Shown: positions 29,523 to 39,916, counted from the stretch's first letter. The stretch is DNA of 64,000 nt from an uncultured delta proteobacterium (GCA_963765675.1 CAVXXK010000001.1:1760001-1824000); one strand, 5' to 3'. A program made the numbers and translations. Notes: generated by a model not told the origin, from the letters alone.

Positions 29523-32045
29523 ATGCTGACCGATAGCGCTGTATCTACGATCGTCGCCGCGGAAGCCAAATTTTTTTCTCGTTCTGGTCAAAAATTCTTT
29601 TTCAAAGCGATGCGCCTGTCCGACGTCGGTGCGAGCTTGGACTTTACTCAAAAGCTCGCACTACGCCGGCGCCTCGAGGAACTGAAGCTCGCGCATACCA
29701 CCGGCCTGGTCGTGACCGAAGCACAGTCGCAGCCTGTTCTGGATATCGCGGCGCAGGCGGGAATCCCCGCGATGCTCGAGCTCAAGCTTGCGCAGGCCGA
29801 CCTGTTCGACGCGCGTAGATGGAGCGCGGCGCTTTCGCGGGTTGCGCATACCGCCGCGATTTATCGCGGGCATCGCGCGCTCTGCGCCTACATTGTCGAT
29901 TGTCCGATCTCGCAGGACGAATTGCGCGCCGCCGGCTTGATGAAAGTTCGCGGCCGGATGCGTGAGTTGCTCCGAGCGATCAAACGCCGCGACGGGAACG
30001 TGATGGTCGCGCTGAAGCATCGCCCCGCGACCCGCGCGCTCACCCTGCTAGAAGAGGATTTTTTGTACGCCGAGCTGCCCGTGCTCGAACCGGGCGAACT
30101 GCGCGATTTTATCACCAGCCTGCACAATATCGCCGAAGCGCGTCCGGTCGTCGTCGAGTTTCGGGAAGCGTCGGCGGACCAGGACGAAGCGGTTGCGACG
30201 GCGTTCGGAACCGGCGCGGCAGGAGTTGTGGCGCCGCCGATCCCGGCGTCGAGATCTCGTGACTGGCTCGGAATCAGGATGCTGCGCGCGGCCGACCTGA
30301 TGCCGTTCGTGTCGCTCAACGGTTCCTGTCCGCCAGACTCGGCGCGCACTCCGATGGTCTCGGTCGTGATTTGCGCGTACAACGCCGAGCGCACGATGCG
30401 CCAGTGCCTGGAATCGCTTACCCGGCTCGCCTACCCGAATTACGAAGTGGTGATCGTCGATGACGGCTCGAGCGATCAGACCGCTCAAATCTCGAAAGAT
30501 TTTCCGCAGTTCCGATTGATCCGCCAGGCCAACAAGGGACTTGGAATCGCACGCAACGTTGGCGCGCACGCAGCGCGCGGCGAGATTATCGCTTATACCG
30601 ATTCCGATTGCGTGGCCGATCCGCACTGGCTCACCTTGATGGTGCGCGCGATGCAGGAAGGTGGCTTCGACGGATGCGGCGGCCCCAACTACGCCCCGCA
30701 CGAAGACGGCCGCGTCGAGGCCTGTGTCGCCGCGTCGCCCGGCGCGCCCTGCCATGTGCTGGTAGGAGACAACACGGCGGAGCATCTGGCGGGATGCAAC
30801 ATGATCTTCACCCGCACTGCGCTCGATCAGGTCGGTGGGTTCGATCCGCGGTTCACCTCGGCCGGCGACGACGTTGACGTCTGCTGGCGGATGCTCGATC
30901 GCGGACTGCGGCTCGGCTACAGCGCCGCGGCGTTCGTGTGGCATTTCCGGCGCAACACTGTTTCCGCGTATTACGGCCAACAGCGCGGCTACGGGCGCGC
31001 GGAGGCGATGCTGTACCAATCTTATCCCGAACGCTTCAACGCGCTCGGCCAGATAAAGTGGACGGGCACGATTCCCGGCTTTATCCGCACGCTGCCCGGC
31101 GGCGACGAACCGCGAGTTTTCTGGGGTGCCCGCAAGACCGGCCATCAGACGATCTTCGATCCGGCGCTGAAGATTCTCGCCTTCATGCCGCAGACTTTCG
31201 AATGGACGATTCTCTGGACCATCGCGTTGGCCGCATCGATCCTGCTCGGTATTACTGCGTGGCCCGCGTTCGCGATGCTCGCGCTCGGTCCCGTGTGGGC
31301 GCTTTACTACGCGTGGCACGCACCCTTGGAGAAAGCGCATCGGAGCTTCACCTCGCGGATGCTGATCGCGATGCTCGCGTACACTGGTCCGATGTGCCGC
31401 ACGCTGACACGCTATCGCATGAGGCTCAAGATGCTCGGCCGCAAAACCTCCGAAATTGCGCCGCGCCAATTGCCGCAAGTGAATCTCTCGCGCCGCGAAC
31501 TCAGGCTCGCTTACTGGAACGAGCAGTACGTCACCCGCGACGTGTTGCTCGATCGCATGATGAAGCTGTTCGCGCGCGACGGGCATCCTGCACTGGTCGA
31601 TCGCGGATGGAATGACTACGATCTCGAACTGCGCCCGGACCCGTGGACTCGCGTCGAACTCAAGACCGCCGACGAAGAACACGAAGGCATGAAGCTCAAG
31701 AATCACATCGTCGCGCGGGCCAGGCTGAGCCGCAAAAGTCGTATCGGTCTTGCCGCGGGCCTTATCGGAGCAGGTGCGGCCGCGTTCGCGGTCCTGCCCG
31801 GTTTCTCACTTGCGATCCTGGCGTTGACGTTGGCGACAGGCGCGTGCGCCGCACTCGCGCTCGTCAGGGCGGGGCGCTACGCGTATCGGGCGATTGAGGA
31901 AGCGGCCGCCGAGATCAATCTCATTCCGCTGGGCACGCCGACGCGCGCCGCTCGCCTTGCGGAGCGGGCCGCGTCGCAATCGCCGCCGGCCGCACAGCGC
32001 GGGACCGCAAGCGTGGCGGCTTCGAATCAGCCCGCGATCGACTGA
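29523..32045 (+). CDS. GT2 glycosyltransferase fused to an N-terminal degenerate glycoside-hydrolase-like domain, with C-terminal TMs
   Basis: VSVVICAYN, VDDGSSD, YTDSD, AGDDVD, YYGQQRGYG; N-terminal FFSRSGQKFFFK resembles GH-A TIM-barrel starts. Confidence 0.85.
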   Translation: MLTDSAVSTIVAAEAKFFSRSGQKFFFKAMRLSDVGASLDFTQKLALRRRLEELKLAHTTGLVVTEAQSQPVLDIAAQAGIPAMLELKLAQADLFDARRWSAALSRVAHTAAIYRGHRALCAYIVDCPISQDELRAAGLMKVRGRMRELLRAIKRRDGNVMVALKHRPATRALTLLEEDFLYAELPVLEPGELRDFITSLHNIAEARPVVVEFREASADQDEAVATAFGTGAAGVVAPPIPASRSRDWLGIRMLRAADLMPFVSLNGSCPPDSARTPMVSVVICAYNAERTMRQCLESLTRLAYPNYEVVIVDDGSSDQTAQISKDFPQFRLIRQANKGLGIARNVGAHAARGEIIAYTDSDCVADPHWLTLMVRAMQEGGFDGCGGPNYAPHEDGRVEACVAASPGAPCHVLVGDNTAEHLAGCNMIFTRTALDQVGGFDPRFTSAGDDVDVCWRMLDRGLRLGYSAAAFVWHFRRNTVSAYYGQQRGYGRAEAMLYQSYPERFNALGQIKWTGTIPGFIRTLPGGDEPRVFWGARKTGHQTIFDPALKILAFMPQTFEWTILWTIALAASILLGITAWPAFAMLALGPVWALYYAWHAPLEKAHRSFTSRMLIAMLAYTGPMCRTLTRYRMRLKMLGRKTSEIAPRQLPQVNLSRRELRLAYWNEQYVTRDVLLDRMMKLFARDGHPALVDRGWNDYDLELRPDPWTRVELKTADEEHEGMKLKNHIVARARLSRKSRIGLAAGLIGAGAAAFAVLPGFSLAILALTLATGACAALALVRAGRYAYRAIEEAAAEINLIPLGTPTRAARLAERAASQSPPAAQRGTASVAASNQPAID

Positions 32046-32066
32046 ATAGATAAGCGCAGCTTTGGG

Positions 32067-33227
32067 CTAGACGAACTCGGCGAAGATCGAATCGGCGAGC
32101 TCCAGCCCGCGGTCGGTGAGCCGAATATTTTCAGCCGTGCACTCCAGCAATCCGCCCTCGAACAGGCGTGCCGCGCGCGCGCCAAAGATGTCGTCGAAGT
32201 CGCGGCCGAAGCGCGCGCGGAAATTTGCGAGAGCGAAACCCGCGCGCAAGCGCAGATTCAGGAATACGAATTCGCTCGCGCCGGTGGCCGCGTCGATCGT
32301 CTCGGCGCCAGCCTCAGCGTTGCCATCTCTCAGTGCGGCCTCGATATATTTCGCCGGCGCGCGCTCGTTCCACCATCTTCGGCCGTAATCATTTTGTCCG
32401 AGCGCGAAACCATGCGCTCCCGCGCCGGCGCCGATGTAGCTCTGCGCGCGCCAGTACGTCAGATTGTGGCGAGCTTCGGCGCCGGACCGCGCGTAGTTCG
32501 AAATTTCGTACATAGGATAGCCGCGGTGCGGAATCTCCTCGCGCACGAGCTGGTACATCGCGGCCTGCTCATCGGTATGGAGCGGCGTGATTCGTCCGCG
32601 TTTCATGTCGGCGAAAAACGCGGTGCCTTCCTCGAAGGTCAGGTTGTAGGCGGAAATGTGATCGGGCTCGAGCGCCGCAGCCTGCGCGATATCGTCCGCC
32701 ACGTCGGCAAGCGTCTGTCCCGGAACCGCAAAAATCAGGTCGAGGTTCAGCCGCGTGAATCCCGCGCGATGAGCTGCGCGCGCGGCGGCGCGGGTCTCGT
32801 CAGCGTTATGAATCCGCCCGAGGAATTTGAGCGTCTGGTCCTTGAACGATTGCGCGCCGAAGCTCAGCCGGTTGACGCCCGCCGCGCGTATCCCGGCGAG
32901 CTTCGCGCTATCGACGGTGCCGGGATTGGCTTCGAGTGTGATCTCGGCGTCGCGCTCGATTCCGAACAATCGGCTCGTGGCGTCGAGGATCTTGCCGATC
33001 GATTCGGGCGCGAACAGCGAGGGCGTTCCGCCGCCAAAGAAAATCGTGCGCAAGCGGTCGCCGGAAAACGGCGCTTCCGAGGAGCGGCGCTCGATCTCGC
33101 GGATCAGCGCGCGCGTGTAGTCACCCTCAGGCCACGCCGATGCCGCGTAAGAATTGAAATCGCAGTACGGACACTTGGCCTGGCAGTACGGAATATGGAC
33201 GTAGAGCGAAAAGCTCATCGAGGACAT
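32067..33227 (-). CDS. hemW: Radical SAM heme chaperone HemW
   Basis: LYVHIPYCQAKCPYCDFNS, GGGTPS, YEISNY, HNLTYW. Confidence 0.92.
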   Translation of the reverse strand: MSSMSFSLYVHIPYCQAKCPYCDFNSYAASAWPEGDYTRALIREIERRSSEAPFSGDRLRTIFFGGGTPSLFAPESIGKILDATSRLFGIERDAEITLEANPGTVDSAKLAGIRAAGVNRLSFGAQSFKDQTLKFLGRIHNADETRAAARAAHRAGFTRLNLDLIFAVPGQTLADVADDIAQAAALEPDHISAYNLTFEEGTAFFADMKRGRITPLHTDEQAAMYQLVREEIPHRGYPMYEISNYARSGAEARHNLTYWRAQSYIGAGAGAHGFALGQNDYGRRWWNERAPAKYIEAALRDGNAEAGAETIDAATGASEFVFLNLRLRAGFALANFRARFGRDFDDIFGARAARLFEGGLLECTAENIRLTDRGLELADSIFAEFV

Positions 33228-33260
33228 CTTATGGCCTAGCGCGCCGCGTTGCATCCTAAT

Positions 33261-33391
33261 GTGTCATTCCCGCGCGCGTGGCTGCCGCGCGCGAGGAATC
33301 CCGAGCTTGCCGTCGGACTTTGCGCCATGAGTGGGTGGAATGCACGAACGCCCGGGATTCCTCGCGCGGCAGCCACGCGCGGGAATGACAC
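33261..33391. repeat. GTCAT-type REP doublet, short form
   Basis: GTGTCATTCCCGCGCGCGTGGCTGCCGCGCGCGAGGAATCCC … GGGATTCCTCGCGCGGCAGCCACGCGCGGGAATGACAC. Confidence 0.85.
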
Positions 33392-33446
33392 CCCGGAGCG
33401 TAAGGCAAAGACACGACCGTCAGCGGTCGCTATACTTCTCGGACTG

Positions 33447-35084
33447 TTGGCTGAGAGCATCAAATCAGAACCGGTTGCAGCGCCACTTGCAGCCCCAGAG
33501 CCGCCGACACATAGCCGCGCCGGGGCGGGGATGGTTGCGTCGGGAATCCTGCTGAGCCGGATCGCGGGACTCGTTCGCTCGACGATCTTCGCGCACTTTC
33601 TTGGCAACTCGGCGGCGGCCGACGCTTTCCAAGCCGGTTTCCGGATTCCGAATTTCCTGCAGAACCTGCTCGGCGAAGGCGTCCTCTCGGCTTCGTTCAT
33701 TCCGGTTTACTCGAAGATGCTCGGCGAGGGCGACGACGAAAACGGCGACCTGCTCGCATGGACCTTCGGCGCGATTCTCGCGCTCGTCACCTCGATCCTG
33801 GTGATCGCGGGAATCGTCTTCGCGCCCTACCTGATCGACGTGATTGCTCCGGGGTTTTCCGGCGACAAGCGCGAGCTGACCGTCACGATCGTGCGCATCC
33901 TGTTCCCCGGCACCGGGATGCTCGTGATGTCGGCGTGGTGCCTGGGCGTGCTCAATAGTCATCACCGGTTTTTTATGTCGTACGCGTCGTCGGTGGTGTG
34001 GAACGCCGCGATAATCGCCGCGCTTGTGTGGTTCGGCCCGCGCCGCACGCAGGACGGCCTCGCGATCGATGTGGCGTGGGGCGCAGTGGTTGGCGCGGCG
34101 CTGCAGGTGGTCGTGCAGCTTCCGCAAACCTTCGAGCTGCTGCGCCGGATTCGAATCGATTTCGCGGCGGTCTCGGAACCGCTGCGCTCCGTGTTTCGCA
34201 ACCTCGGCCCGGTCATCGCGGGGCGCGGCGTCGGCCAGATGAGCGCGTACATCGACACTCTGCTCGCGAGCTTGCTCCCGACCGGCGCCGTCGCGGCGTT
34301 CAACTACGGGCAGATTCTTTACATGTTGCCGATCAGCCTGTTCGGAGTGTCGGTCGCGGCTTCGGAGCTGCCGACGATGGCGCGCGCGACGGGAACCTCG
34401 GAAGAAATTGGCGCGACGTTGCGCGTGCGGCTCAACGCGGGGCTCAGGCAAATCTCATTTCTGGTGGTGCCGTCGGCGGTTGCGTTTATCGCGCTCGGCG
34501 ATGTGATCTGCGCGCTGATTTTCCAGTCGGGCAGCTTTACCCATTCCGACGCGATTTACGTATGGGCTGTAATCGCAGGCTCGGGGATCGGGATGCTCGC
34601 GAACACTACCGCGCGGCTCTATATCAACGCTTTCTATGCGCTGCTCGACGCGCGCACGCCGCTGAAATTTGCGATCGTGCGCGTCTCGCTGACTCTGATG
34701 CTCGGCTACTTCTGCGCGCTGATTCTGCCCGGGATGCTGGGAATCGCGACGCGATGGGGCGTCGCGGGGCTGACCGCGTCGGCCGGAGTTTCAGCCTGGG
34801 TCGAGTTCGTGCTGCTCAGATTGCGGCTTAACAAACGCGTCGGATGGACCGGGCTCGCGCGTGTGTACCTTGCCAAGCTGTGGGGAATCGCGATCGTGGC
34901 CGCGGCGATCGCCTTTGCGCTCAAGATCGAAACCGCTGGGATGGGTCCGCGTCTGCGCGGATTCATCGTGCTGCCCGTCTTCGGCGCGATTTATCTCGGA
35001 ACCGCGTGGGCGATTGGGATGCCCGAGTTCGACTCGATGGTCGGGATGATCCGGCGGCGGTTCACATCCTCTCGCGAGGAATGA
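33447..35084 (+). CDS. murJ: Lipid II flippase MurJ
   Basis: LLSRIAGLVR, ADAF…FRIPNFLQNLLGEGVLSASFIP; multi-TM; start uncertain (TTG 33447 or ATG 33531). Confidence 0.92.
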   Translation: MAESIKSEPVAAPLAAPEPPTHSRAGAGMVASGILLSRIAGLVRSTIFAHFLGNSAAADAFQAGFRIPNFLQNLLGEGVLSASFIPVYSKMLGEGDDENGDLLAWTFGAILALVTSILVIAGIVFAPYLIDVIAPGFSGDKRELTVTIVRILFPGTGMLVMSAWCLGVLNSHHRFFMSYASSVVWNAAIIAALVWFGPRRTQDGLAIDVAWGAVVGAALQVVVQLPQTFELLRRIRIDFAAVSEPLRSVFRNLGPVIAGRGVGQMSAYIDTLLASLLPTGAVAAFNYGQILYMLPISLFGVSVAASELPTMARATGTSEEIGATLRVRLNAGLRQISFLVVPSAVAFIALGDVICALIFQSGSFTHSDAIYVWAVIAGSGIGMLANTTARLYINAFYALLDARTPLKFAIVRVSLTLMLGYFCALILPGMLGIATRWGVAGLTASAGVSAWVEFVLLRLRLNKRVGWTGLARVYLAKLWGIAIVAAAIAFALKIETAGMGPRLRGFIVLPVFGAIYLGTAWAIGMPEFDSMVGMIRRRFTSSREE

Positions 35085-35097
35085 GTTTTCGCGCGGC

Positions 35098-36627
35098 TCA
35101 CTCGGACGTCAACTGTTTGATGGTCGCGCTGGTGCTGCGGCCGGTGAAAACCGGTGACAGCACTACACGTCCGCCGCGCGCCTCGACGAAGGTCTGGCCA
35201 TCGACGATCTTACCGCGCCAATCTTCGCCCTTGACCAATACGTCGGGCTTGACTATGCGGATAATCCGTTCGGCGCGGTTGTCGTCGAAGATCACGACGT
35301 AATCGACGCATTCGAGTGCGGCCAGAATTCGCGCGCGCTCGGCTGCCGGATAGATCGGCCGCGCCGCGCCCTTGAGTGCGCGCACGCTGCGATCGCTGTT
35401 GAGACCGACCACCAGCCGGTCCGCCTGCGCGCGGGCGAAACAGAGCGACTGCACGTGCCCCGCGTGAATCAGATCGAAGCATCCGTTGGTAAACGCGATC
35501 ACGCGGCCCGCGCGGCGCTCGCGCTCGATAACCGCCGGGATTTCCTCGAGCGCGACGATCTTGCGCTCGTACCCCTGATGCGGCGGGCGCAGCGCTTCGG
35601 CCAGATCCTCGCGCGAGATCACCTCGGTGCCGATCCGCGTGACCTCGATACTCGCGGCCAGGTTCGCAATCCGCGCCGCCGACGAATAGCCGAGCCCCGC
35701 GATCGCGAAGAGTCCAAACACGCTCAACACCACGTCGCCCGCGCCGGTCACGTCATAGACGTCGCGCGGCACGGTCGGAATATAGGTGCCCGCGCCGCCG
35801 CGCTCGGCCAGGTACATCCCGTCGCGATCGAGAGTGATAAGGCAGGCGTCGAGGCTGAGCTTGCGCACCAGCATCTCGGCTGCGCGCCGCCACGCGTCGC
35901 GATCGACGAGCTTCAATCCTGTCGCCTGCTCGGTCTCATAACGATTTGGCGTGAGCACGCTCGCGCCGCGATAGAGCGAGAAATCTCCTGACAGCCGCGG
36001 ATCGACGATCACCTTGAGATGATGGCGGCGCGCGCCGTCGATAATTGCGCGCAGCAGCGCGGGCGTAAGCAGGCCCTTGTTGATATCGGAGATCAGCACA
36101 CCGTCGACCCGCGGAAGTTCCGCGCGCAAGCGCGCGAGCAGCTCGCGCTCGCGCGCGCGGGAAAGCGGCGACGGATCTTCTTCGTCGACCCGCAGGAGCT
36201 GCTGCGTCCCGCGGCTCGCGGCCTGCACCGAACCGAGCATCCGCTCCTTGACGATAGTCGGCCGGTCGGGATCAGTGACGAGCGCGCGCGTGCCGATTCC
36301 GAGACCGCTCAGAATGTCGCGCAACAAGGTGCCGTTGCGATCCGCGCCGACCATGCTGAGCGCCGAAGGGACAGCGCCGAGCGCGCACAAATTCGCCATC
36401 ACGAAGCCGGCGTTGCCGGGTTTCTCCTCGCGCCGATGAACCCGCAGGATCGGGATCGGGGCCTCGGGCGAGATGCGCGAGACGTCACCCCAGATATAGC
36501 GATCGAGGATCACCTCGCCCGCGACCATCACGCGCAGCTTCGGCAAGCTCGGCAGCTCGGTCCGCGCGCCCGAAGCGGGAGGGGTCGAGCGACGCGTGGT
36601 TCCGGAACGCGTTTTTCGGGTAGCCAT
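35098..36627 (-). CDS. hldE: Bifunctional heptose-7-phosphate kinase / heptose-1-phosphate adenylyltransferase
   Basis: RISPEAPIP, VYDVTGAGD, FTNGCFDLIHAGH, VKGEDW. Confidence 0.93.
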   Translation of the reverse strand: MATRKTRSGTTRRSTPPASGARTELPSLPKLRVMVAGEVILDRYIWGDVSRISPEAPIPILRVHRREEKPGNAGFVMANLCALGAVPSALSMVGADRNGTLLRDILSGLGIGTRALVTDPDRPTIVKERMLGSVQAASRGTQQLLRVDEEDPSPLSRARERELLARLRAELPRVDGVLISDINKGLLTPALLRAIIDGARRHHLKVIVDPRLSGDFSLYRGASVLTPNRYETEQATGLKLVDRDAWRRAAEMLVRKLSLDACLITLDRDGMYLAERGGAGTYIPTVPRDVYDVTGAGDVVLSVFGLFAIAGLGYSSAARIANLAASIEVTRIGTEVISREDLAEALRPPHQGYERKIVALEEIPAVIERERRAGRVIAFTNGCFDLIHAGHVQSLCFARAQADRLVVGLNSDRSVRALKGAARPIYPAAERARILAALECVDYVVIFDDNRAERIIRIVKPDVLVKGEDWRGKIVDGQTFVEARGGRVVLSPVFTGRSTSATIKQLTSE

Positions 36628-36832
36628 CGTCAGGTGATGATACGGGATTGCGCGCCGCCGGTTAAATCGCACCGCCGCTGGATAACCTTCCGTTTCAGGG
36701 ACCTTATCGATCCGGGCCTTATCGAGCGTAAGAAGACAGAAAAGATTCGGGATTCTTCGCTTGGCGGCGTGACTCAACGTCAGATTGGTGCGATCTTGAA
36801 AGTCTCGCATCCTCGAAGCATGGAGATCAATT

Positions 36833-37840
36833 ATGAAATCCATTCGCGTCGAACAACCCAAGGGTCCGTTCACACTTGTCGAAGAAAAAATCGTCGAACC
36901 TTCTCGCGGACAGGTCCGGATCAGAGTGCAGGCGTGCGGAATCTGTCATAGCGATTCGTTTACAAAAGACGGGCTGTGGCCCGGAGTCAGCTTTCCCCGA
37001 TCGCCGGGACACGAAATTGCCGGAGTGATCGAAGCACTCGGCGATGATGCGGGCGATTGGAAAGTGGGCGATCGAGTAGGCGTCGGATGGCACGGCGGGC
37101 ATTGCGCAAAATGCGATCCATGCCGCCGCGGCGATTTTGTCAATTGCCGCAATTTGAAGATTCCCGGGATCAGTTACGACGGCGGCTACTCCGCTCACGT
37201 CATCGCGCCGATCGAGGCCCTTGCGCATATTCCTGACGGGTTGCGCCCCGAAGAGGCGGCACCACTCATGTGCGCTGGTATCACGACCTTTAATTCGCTC
37301 CGGCATAGCGGCGCGATGCCCGGTGATCTCGTCGCCGTCCAGGGCATCGGCGGACTCGGCCATTTGGGAATCCAGTTTGCAGCCAAGTTTGGTTACGACG
37401 TTATCGCGATCGGACGGGGCGAGGACAAGCAGCCGCTGGCGCTGAAGCTCGGTGCTCGGCGGTACATCGATACCAACCGGCAAGACGTCGCCGCGCAGAT
37501 GTCCAAAGAGGGAGGCGCGGCCGTCATTCTTTCCACAGCCACCGATGCCAAAGCGATCAGCGCGCTGGTGGACAGCCTCGGCGTCGGCGGCAGATTGGTA
37601 ATCGTCGGGGCCACGTTCGAGCCGTTCGCGGTCACCGCGACGCAGCTTCTTATGTCCCACCGATCAATCATCGGATGGCCGTCGGGAACCTCGAGGGACT
37701 CCGAGGATACGCTGAAGTTCGCGGCGGCCACGGGAGTCCGAGCGATGATCGAGACATTTCCGATCGAGCAAGCGGAGCAAGCGTACGACCGCATGATAAC
37801 CGGCAAAGTCCGCTTTCGTGCGGTACTGACGCGCAGGTGA
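36833..37840 (+). CDS. Zinc-dependent alcohol dehydrogenase
   Basis: CGICHSD, GHE, CAKCDPCRRG…C, GIGGLG. Confidence 0.93.
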   Translation: MKSIRVEQPKGPFTLVEEKIVEPSRGQVRIRVQACGICHSDSFTKDGLWPGVSFPRSPGHEIAGVIEALGDDAGDWKVGDRVGVGWHGGHCAKCDPCRRGDFVNCRNLKIPGISYDGGYSAHVIAPIEALAHIPDGLRPEEAAPLMCAGITTFNSLRHSGAMPGDLVAVQGIGGLGHLGIQFAAKFGYDVIAIGRGEDKQPLALKLGARRYIDTNRQDVAAQMSKEGGAAVILSTATDAKAISALVDSLGVGGRLVIVGATFEPFAVTATQLLMSHRSIIGWPSGTSRDSEDTLKFAAATGVRAMIETFPIEQAEQAYDRMITGKVRFRAVLTRR

Positions 37841-37856
37841 AGGCGGCGTCTCTGGT

Positions 37857-38313
37857 CCCTCGCCCTGAAAGGGAGAGGTTAGGTGAGGGTCCGATCTGCG
37901 CGTGGGATTGTTTGCCGCGCGCTTTAGATTCTGCCAGGAAGCTTTCTTTATAATCGCGCGGCGCTGCGCACCGCGCTGAATTCTGACCCTCACCTGACCG
38001 TGTGCCAGTGGCACGTCCCTTTCAGGAGAGCTTTTGCATAACCTACCGGAAAAGTGTGCCCGGTGCGGAGGGCGAGATTCCTCGCGATTGCTGCCATTCG
38101 ACGGGACTCCGCACCTCACCATCTGCATCGCTTGTACGCGCTCGGAATGACACAAAACCAGCGAACGCTGTCATTCCGAGCGCGCATCTAGTGCCAGCTC
38201 TGCGGATTGCAGATCGTCTCGCGCTGCGCGCATCGCGAGGAATCTCGCCAGCCGCATGAGCAGCCCAATGGAATCGGTTACGCAAAGCTCTCCTTTCAGG
38301 GCGAGGGATCAGA
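37857..38313. repeat. CCCTC-type palindromic repeat element interrupted by a MITE
   Basis: Homologous to 3172-3360 once 38026-38292 and one copy of the duplication are removed. Confidence 0.8.
38026..38292. mobile_element. 267-bp MITE with TIRs and target-site duplication
   Basis: GAGAGCTTTTGCATAACC…GGTTACGCAAAGCTCTC; CTTTCAG repeated at 38019-38025 and 38293-38299; internal GTCATTCCGAGCGCG REP pair. Confidence 0.85.
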
Positions 38314-38336
38314 CAACGGGACGAGGTGCGGAGATG

Positions 38337-39104
38337 TCACCGGATCGCAAAGCCGCCGTCTGCGTATACTATTGCTCCCGTTACGAAGTCCGAGGCGTGC
38401 GAGGCGAGGTAGATCGCCGTGCCCGCCATCTCTTCGGGTTCGCCGAAGCGTCCAGCCGGCGTGCGCGTCAGAATCTCCTGAAAGAATGGCCCCGACTGCG
38501 CGGGTACGGTCATGTCGGTTTTGATCCATCCGGGAACGATCGCGTTGACCTGGATATTGCGCGGCGCAAATTCTATCGCCATCGTCTTGGTCATCTGCAC
38601 CAGCCCGCCTTTGGCCGCCGCGTAGGAAACCACGCCGCCGCCGCCGAAGCGCGCGTACTCGCTCGCGATATTGATAATCTTTCCGCCGCCGCCGCGCGAC
38701 CCCATCGAGCGCGCCGCGATCTGCGACAGGAAAAAGCATGAGTGAAGATTGGTCTCGAGCACTCGATCCCAGTCCTCGGCCGAATGCTTGAGCGAGCTGC
38801 GCTGAATCGAGATACCGGCATTGTTGACCAAAATATCGACCGGACCGAGCGCGCGTTCCGCTTCTGCCATCGCCGGCGCCAGTGCGGCGCGCTCGGTCAC
38901 GTCGAGCTTGATCGCGGCCGCGCGGACGCCGAGCTTCTCTAGTGCCTCGACGGTCGCACGATTTTTCTCTTCGTTGCGCGCGAGGACCGCGATCGCGGCG
39001 CCGGCCTCCGCCAGTCCCATCGCAATTCCGCGCCCGATACCGCCGTTGCCTCCAGTGACGACGGCCACGCGGCCCTCGAGATCGAACATTTTTGGCGCCG
39101 CCAT
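38337..39104 (-). CDS. SDR oxidoreductase (KduD/gluconate 5-dehydrogenase-like)
   Basis: TGGNGGIG, NNAG, YAAAK. Confidence 0.9.
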   Translation of the reverse strand: MAAPKMFDLEGRVAVVTGGNGGIGRGIAMGLAEAGAAIAVLARNEEKNRATVEALEKLGVRAAAIKLDVTERAALAPAMAEAERALGPVDILVNNAGISIQRSSLKHSAEDWDRVLETNLHSCFFLSQIAARSMGSRGGGGKIINIASEYARFGGGGVVSYAAAKGGLVQMTKTMAIEFAPRNIQVNAIVPGWIKTDMTVPAQSGPFFQEILTRTPAGRFGEPEEMAGTAIYLASHASDFVTGAIVYADGGFAIR

Positions 39105-39139
39105 TTTCTTCCGATGCCTCCCCGTCTCTCTCGCAAATC

Positions 39140-39916
39140 TCAGGCAATAAAAAATCCGCCGTCAACGATCAGATCCGCCCCGGTGACGAAACTCGAAGCC
39201 GGCGAGACCAGGAACAGCGCCGCGCTTACCATCTCGTCGGGGTCGGCGAAACGGCCGGCAGGAGTGCGCTCGATCATCTGCTTTTTTGCCGCCGCGTATT
39301 TCGGATCATTGCGAATCCAGTCGGTCATGTCGGTCGTGGTCCATCCCGGCGCGAGCGAATTGGCCTGGATATTGTGCGGCGCCAATTCGATCGCAAGGCA
39401 TCGCGTAAGCTGCAGCATCCCGCCCTTGCTCACGCCGTACGACGGATAGATCGGAGTGCCCTTGAACCCGCCGATACTCGCGACATTCAGGATCTTTCCC
39501 GCGCGCCGCGGGATCATGGAGCGCGCCACGATCTGCGAGAGCATAAACGCCGCGGTCAGATTGGTTTCGAGCACCGAGTCCCAATCTTCTTCGCTATGCT
39601 GCATCAGCGGCTTCAGAATGGCGAAGCCGGCATTGTTGACGAGAATGTCGATTGGGCCGAGTTCGCGCTCGACTTGATCGACGGCCGCCTTGAGCTTTGC
39701 GCGTTTGGAAACGTCGAGCCCGATAGCGATCGCCTTCGGACCGATCGCCTTAAGCTCCGCCAGCGTGGCGCGGTTGCGTTCCTGGTTGCGCGCCATGATC
39801 GCGACCGACGCGCCAGCGCGCGCAAGTCCGAGCGCGATCGCGCGTCCGATCCCGGCGTTCCCGCCGGTCACGATCGCTATCTTGCCGGTCAGATCAAACA
39901 GCGGATTTGCATTCAT
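39140..39916 (-). CDS. SDR oxidoreductase, tandem paralog
   Basis: TGGNAGIG, NNAG, YGVSK. Confidence 0.9.
   Translation of the reverse strand: MNANPLFDLTGKIAIVTGGNAGIGRAIALGLARAGASVAIMARNQERNRATLAELKAIGPKAIAIGLDVSKRAKLKAAVDQVERELGPIDILVNNAGFAILKPLMQHSEEDWDSVLETNLTAAFMLSQIVARSMIPRRAGKILNVASIGGFKGTPIYPSYGVSKGGMLQLTRCLAIELAPHNIQANSLAPGWTTTDMTDWIRNDPKYAAAKKQMIERTPAGRFADPDEMVSAALFLVSPASSFVTGADLIVDGGFFIA

Noticed and set aside
30048-31706. Long antisense or alternate-frame ORFs (e.g. 30048-31706, 44363-45883, 19077-20471, 61447-62964)
   Set aside because: Shadow ORFs typical of high-GC DNA, overlapping well-supported genes and lacking motifs
33249-33446. N-terminal extensions of MurJ, the AAA ATPase and the esterase in the ORF track
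   Set aside because: They translate repeat or intergenic DNA; downstream starts fit better
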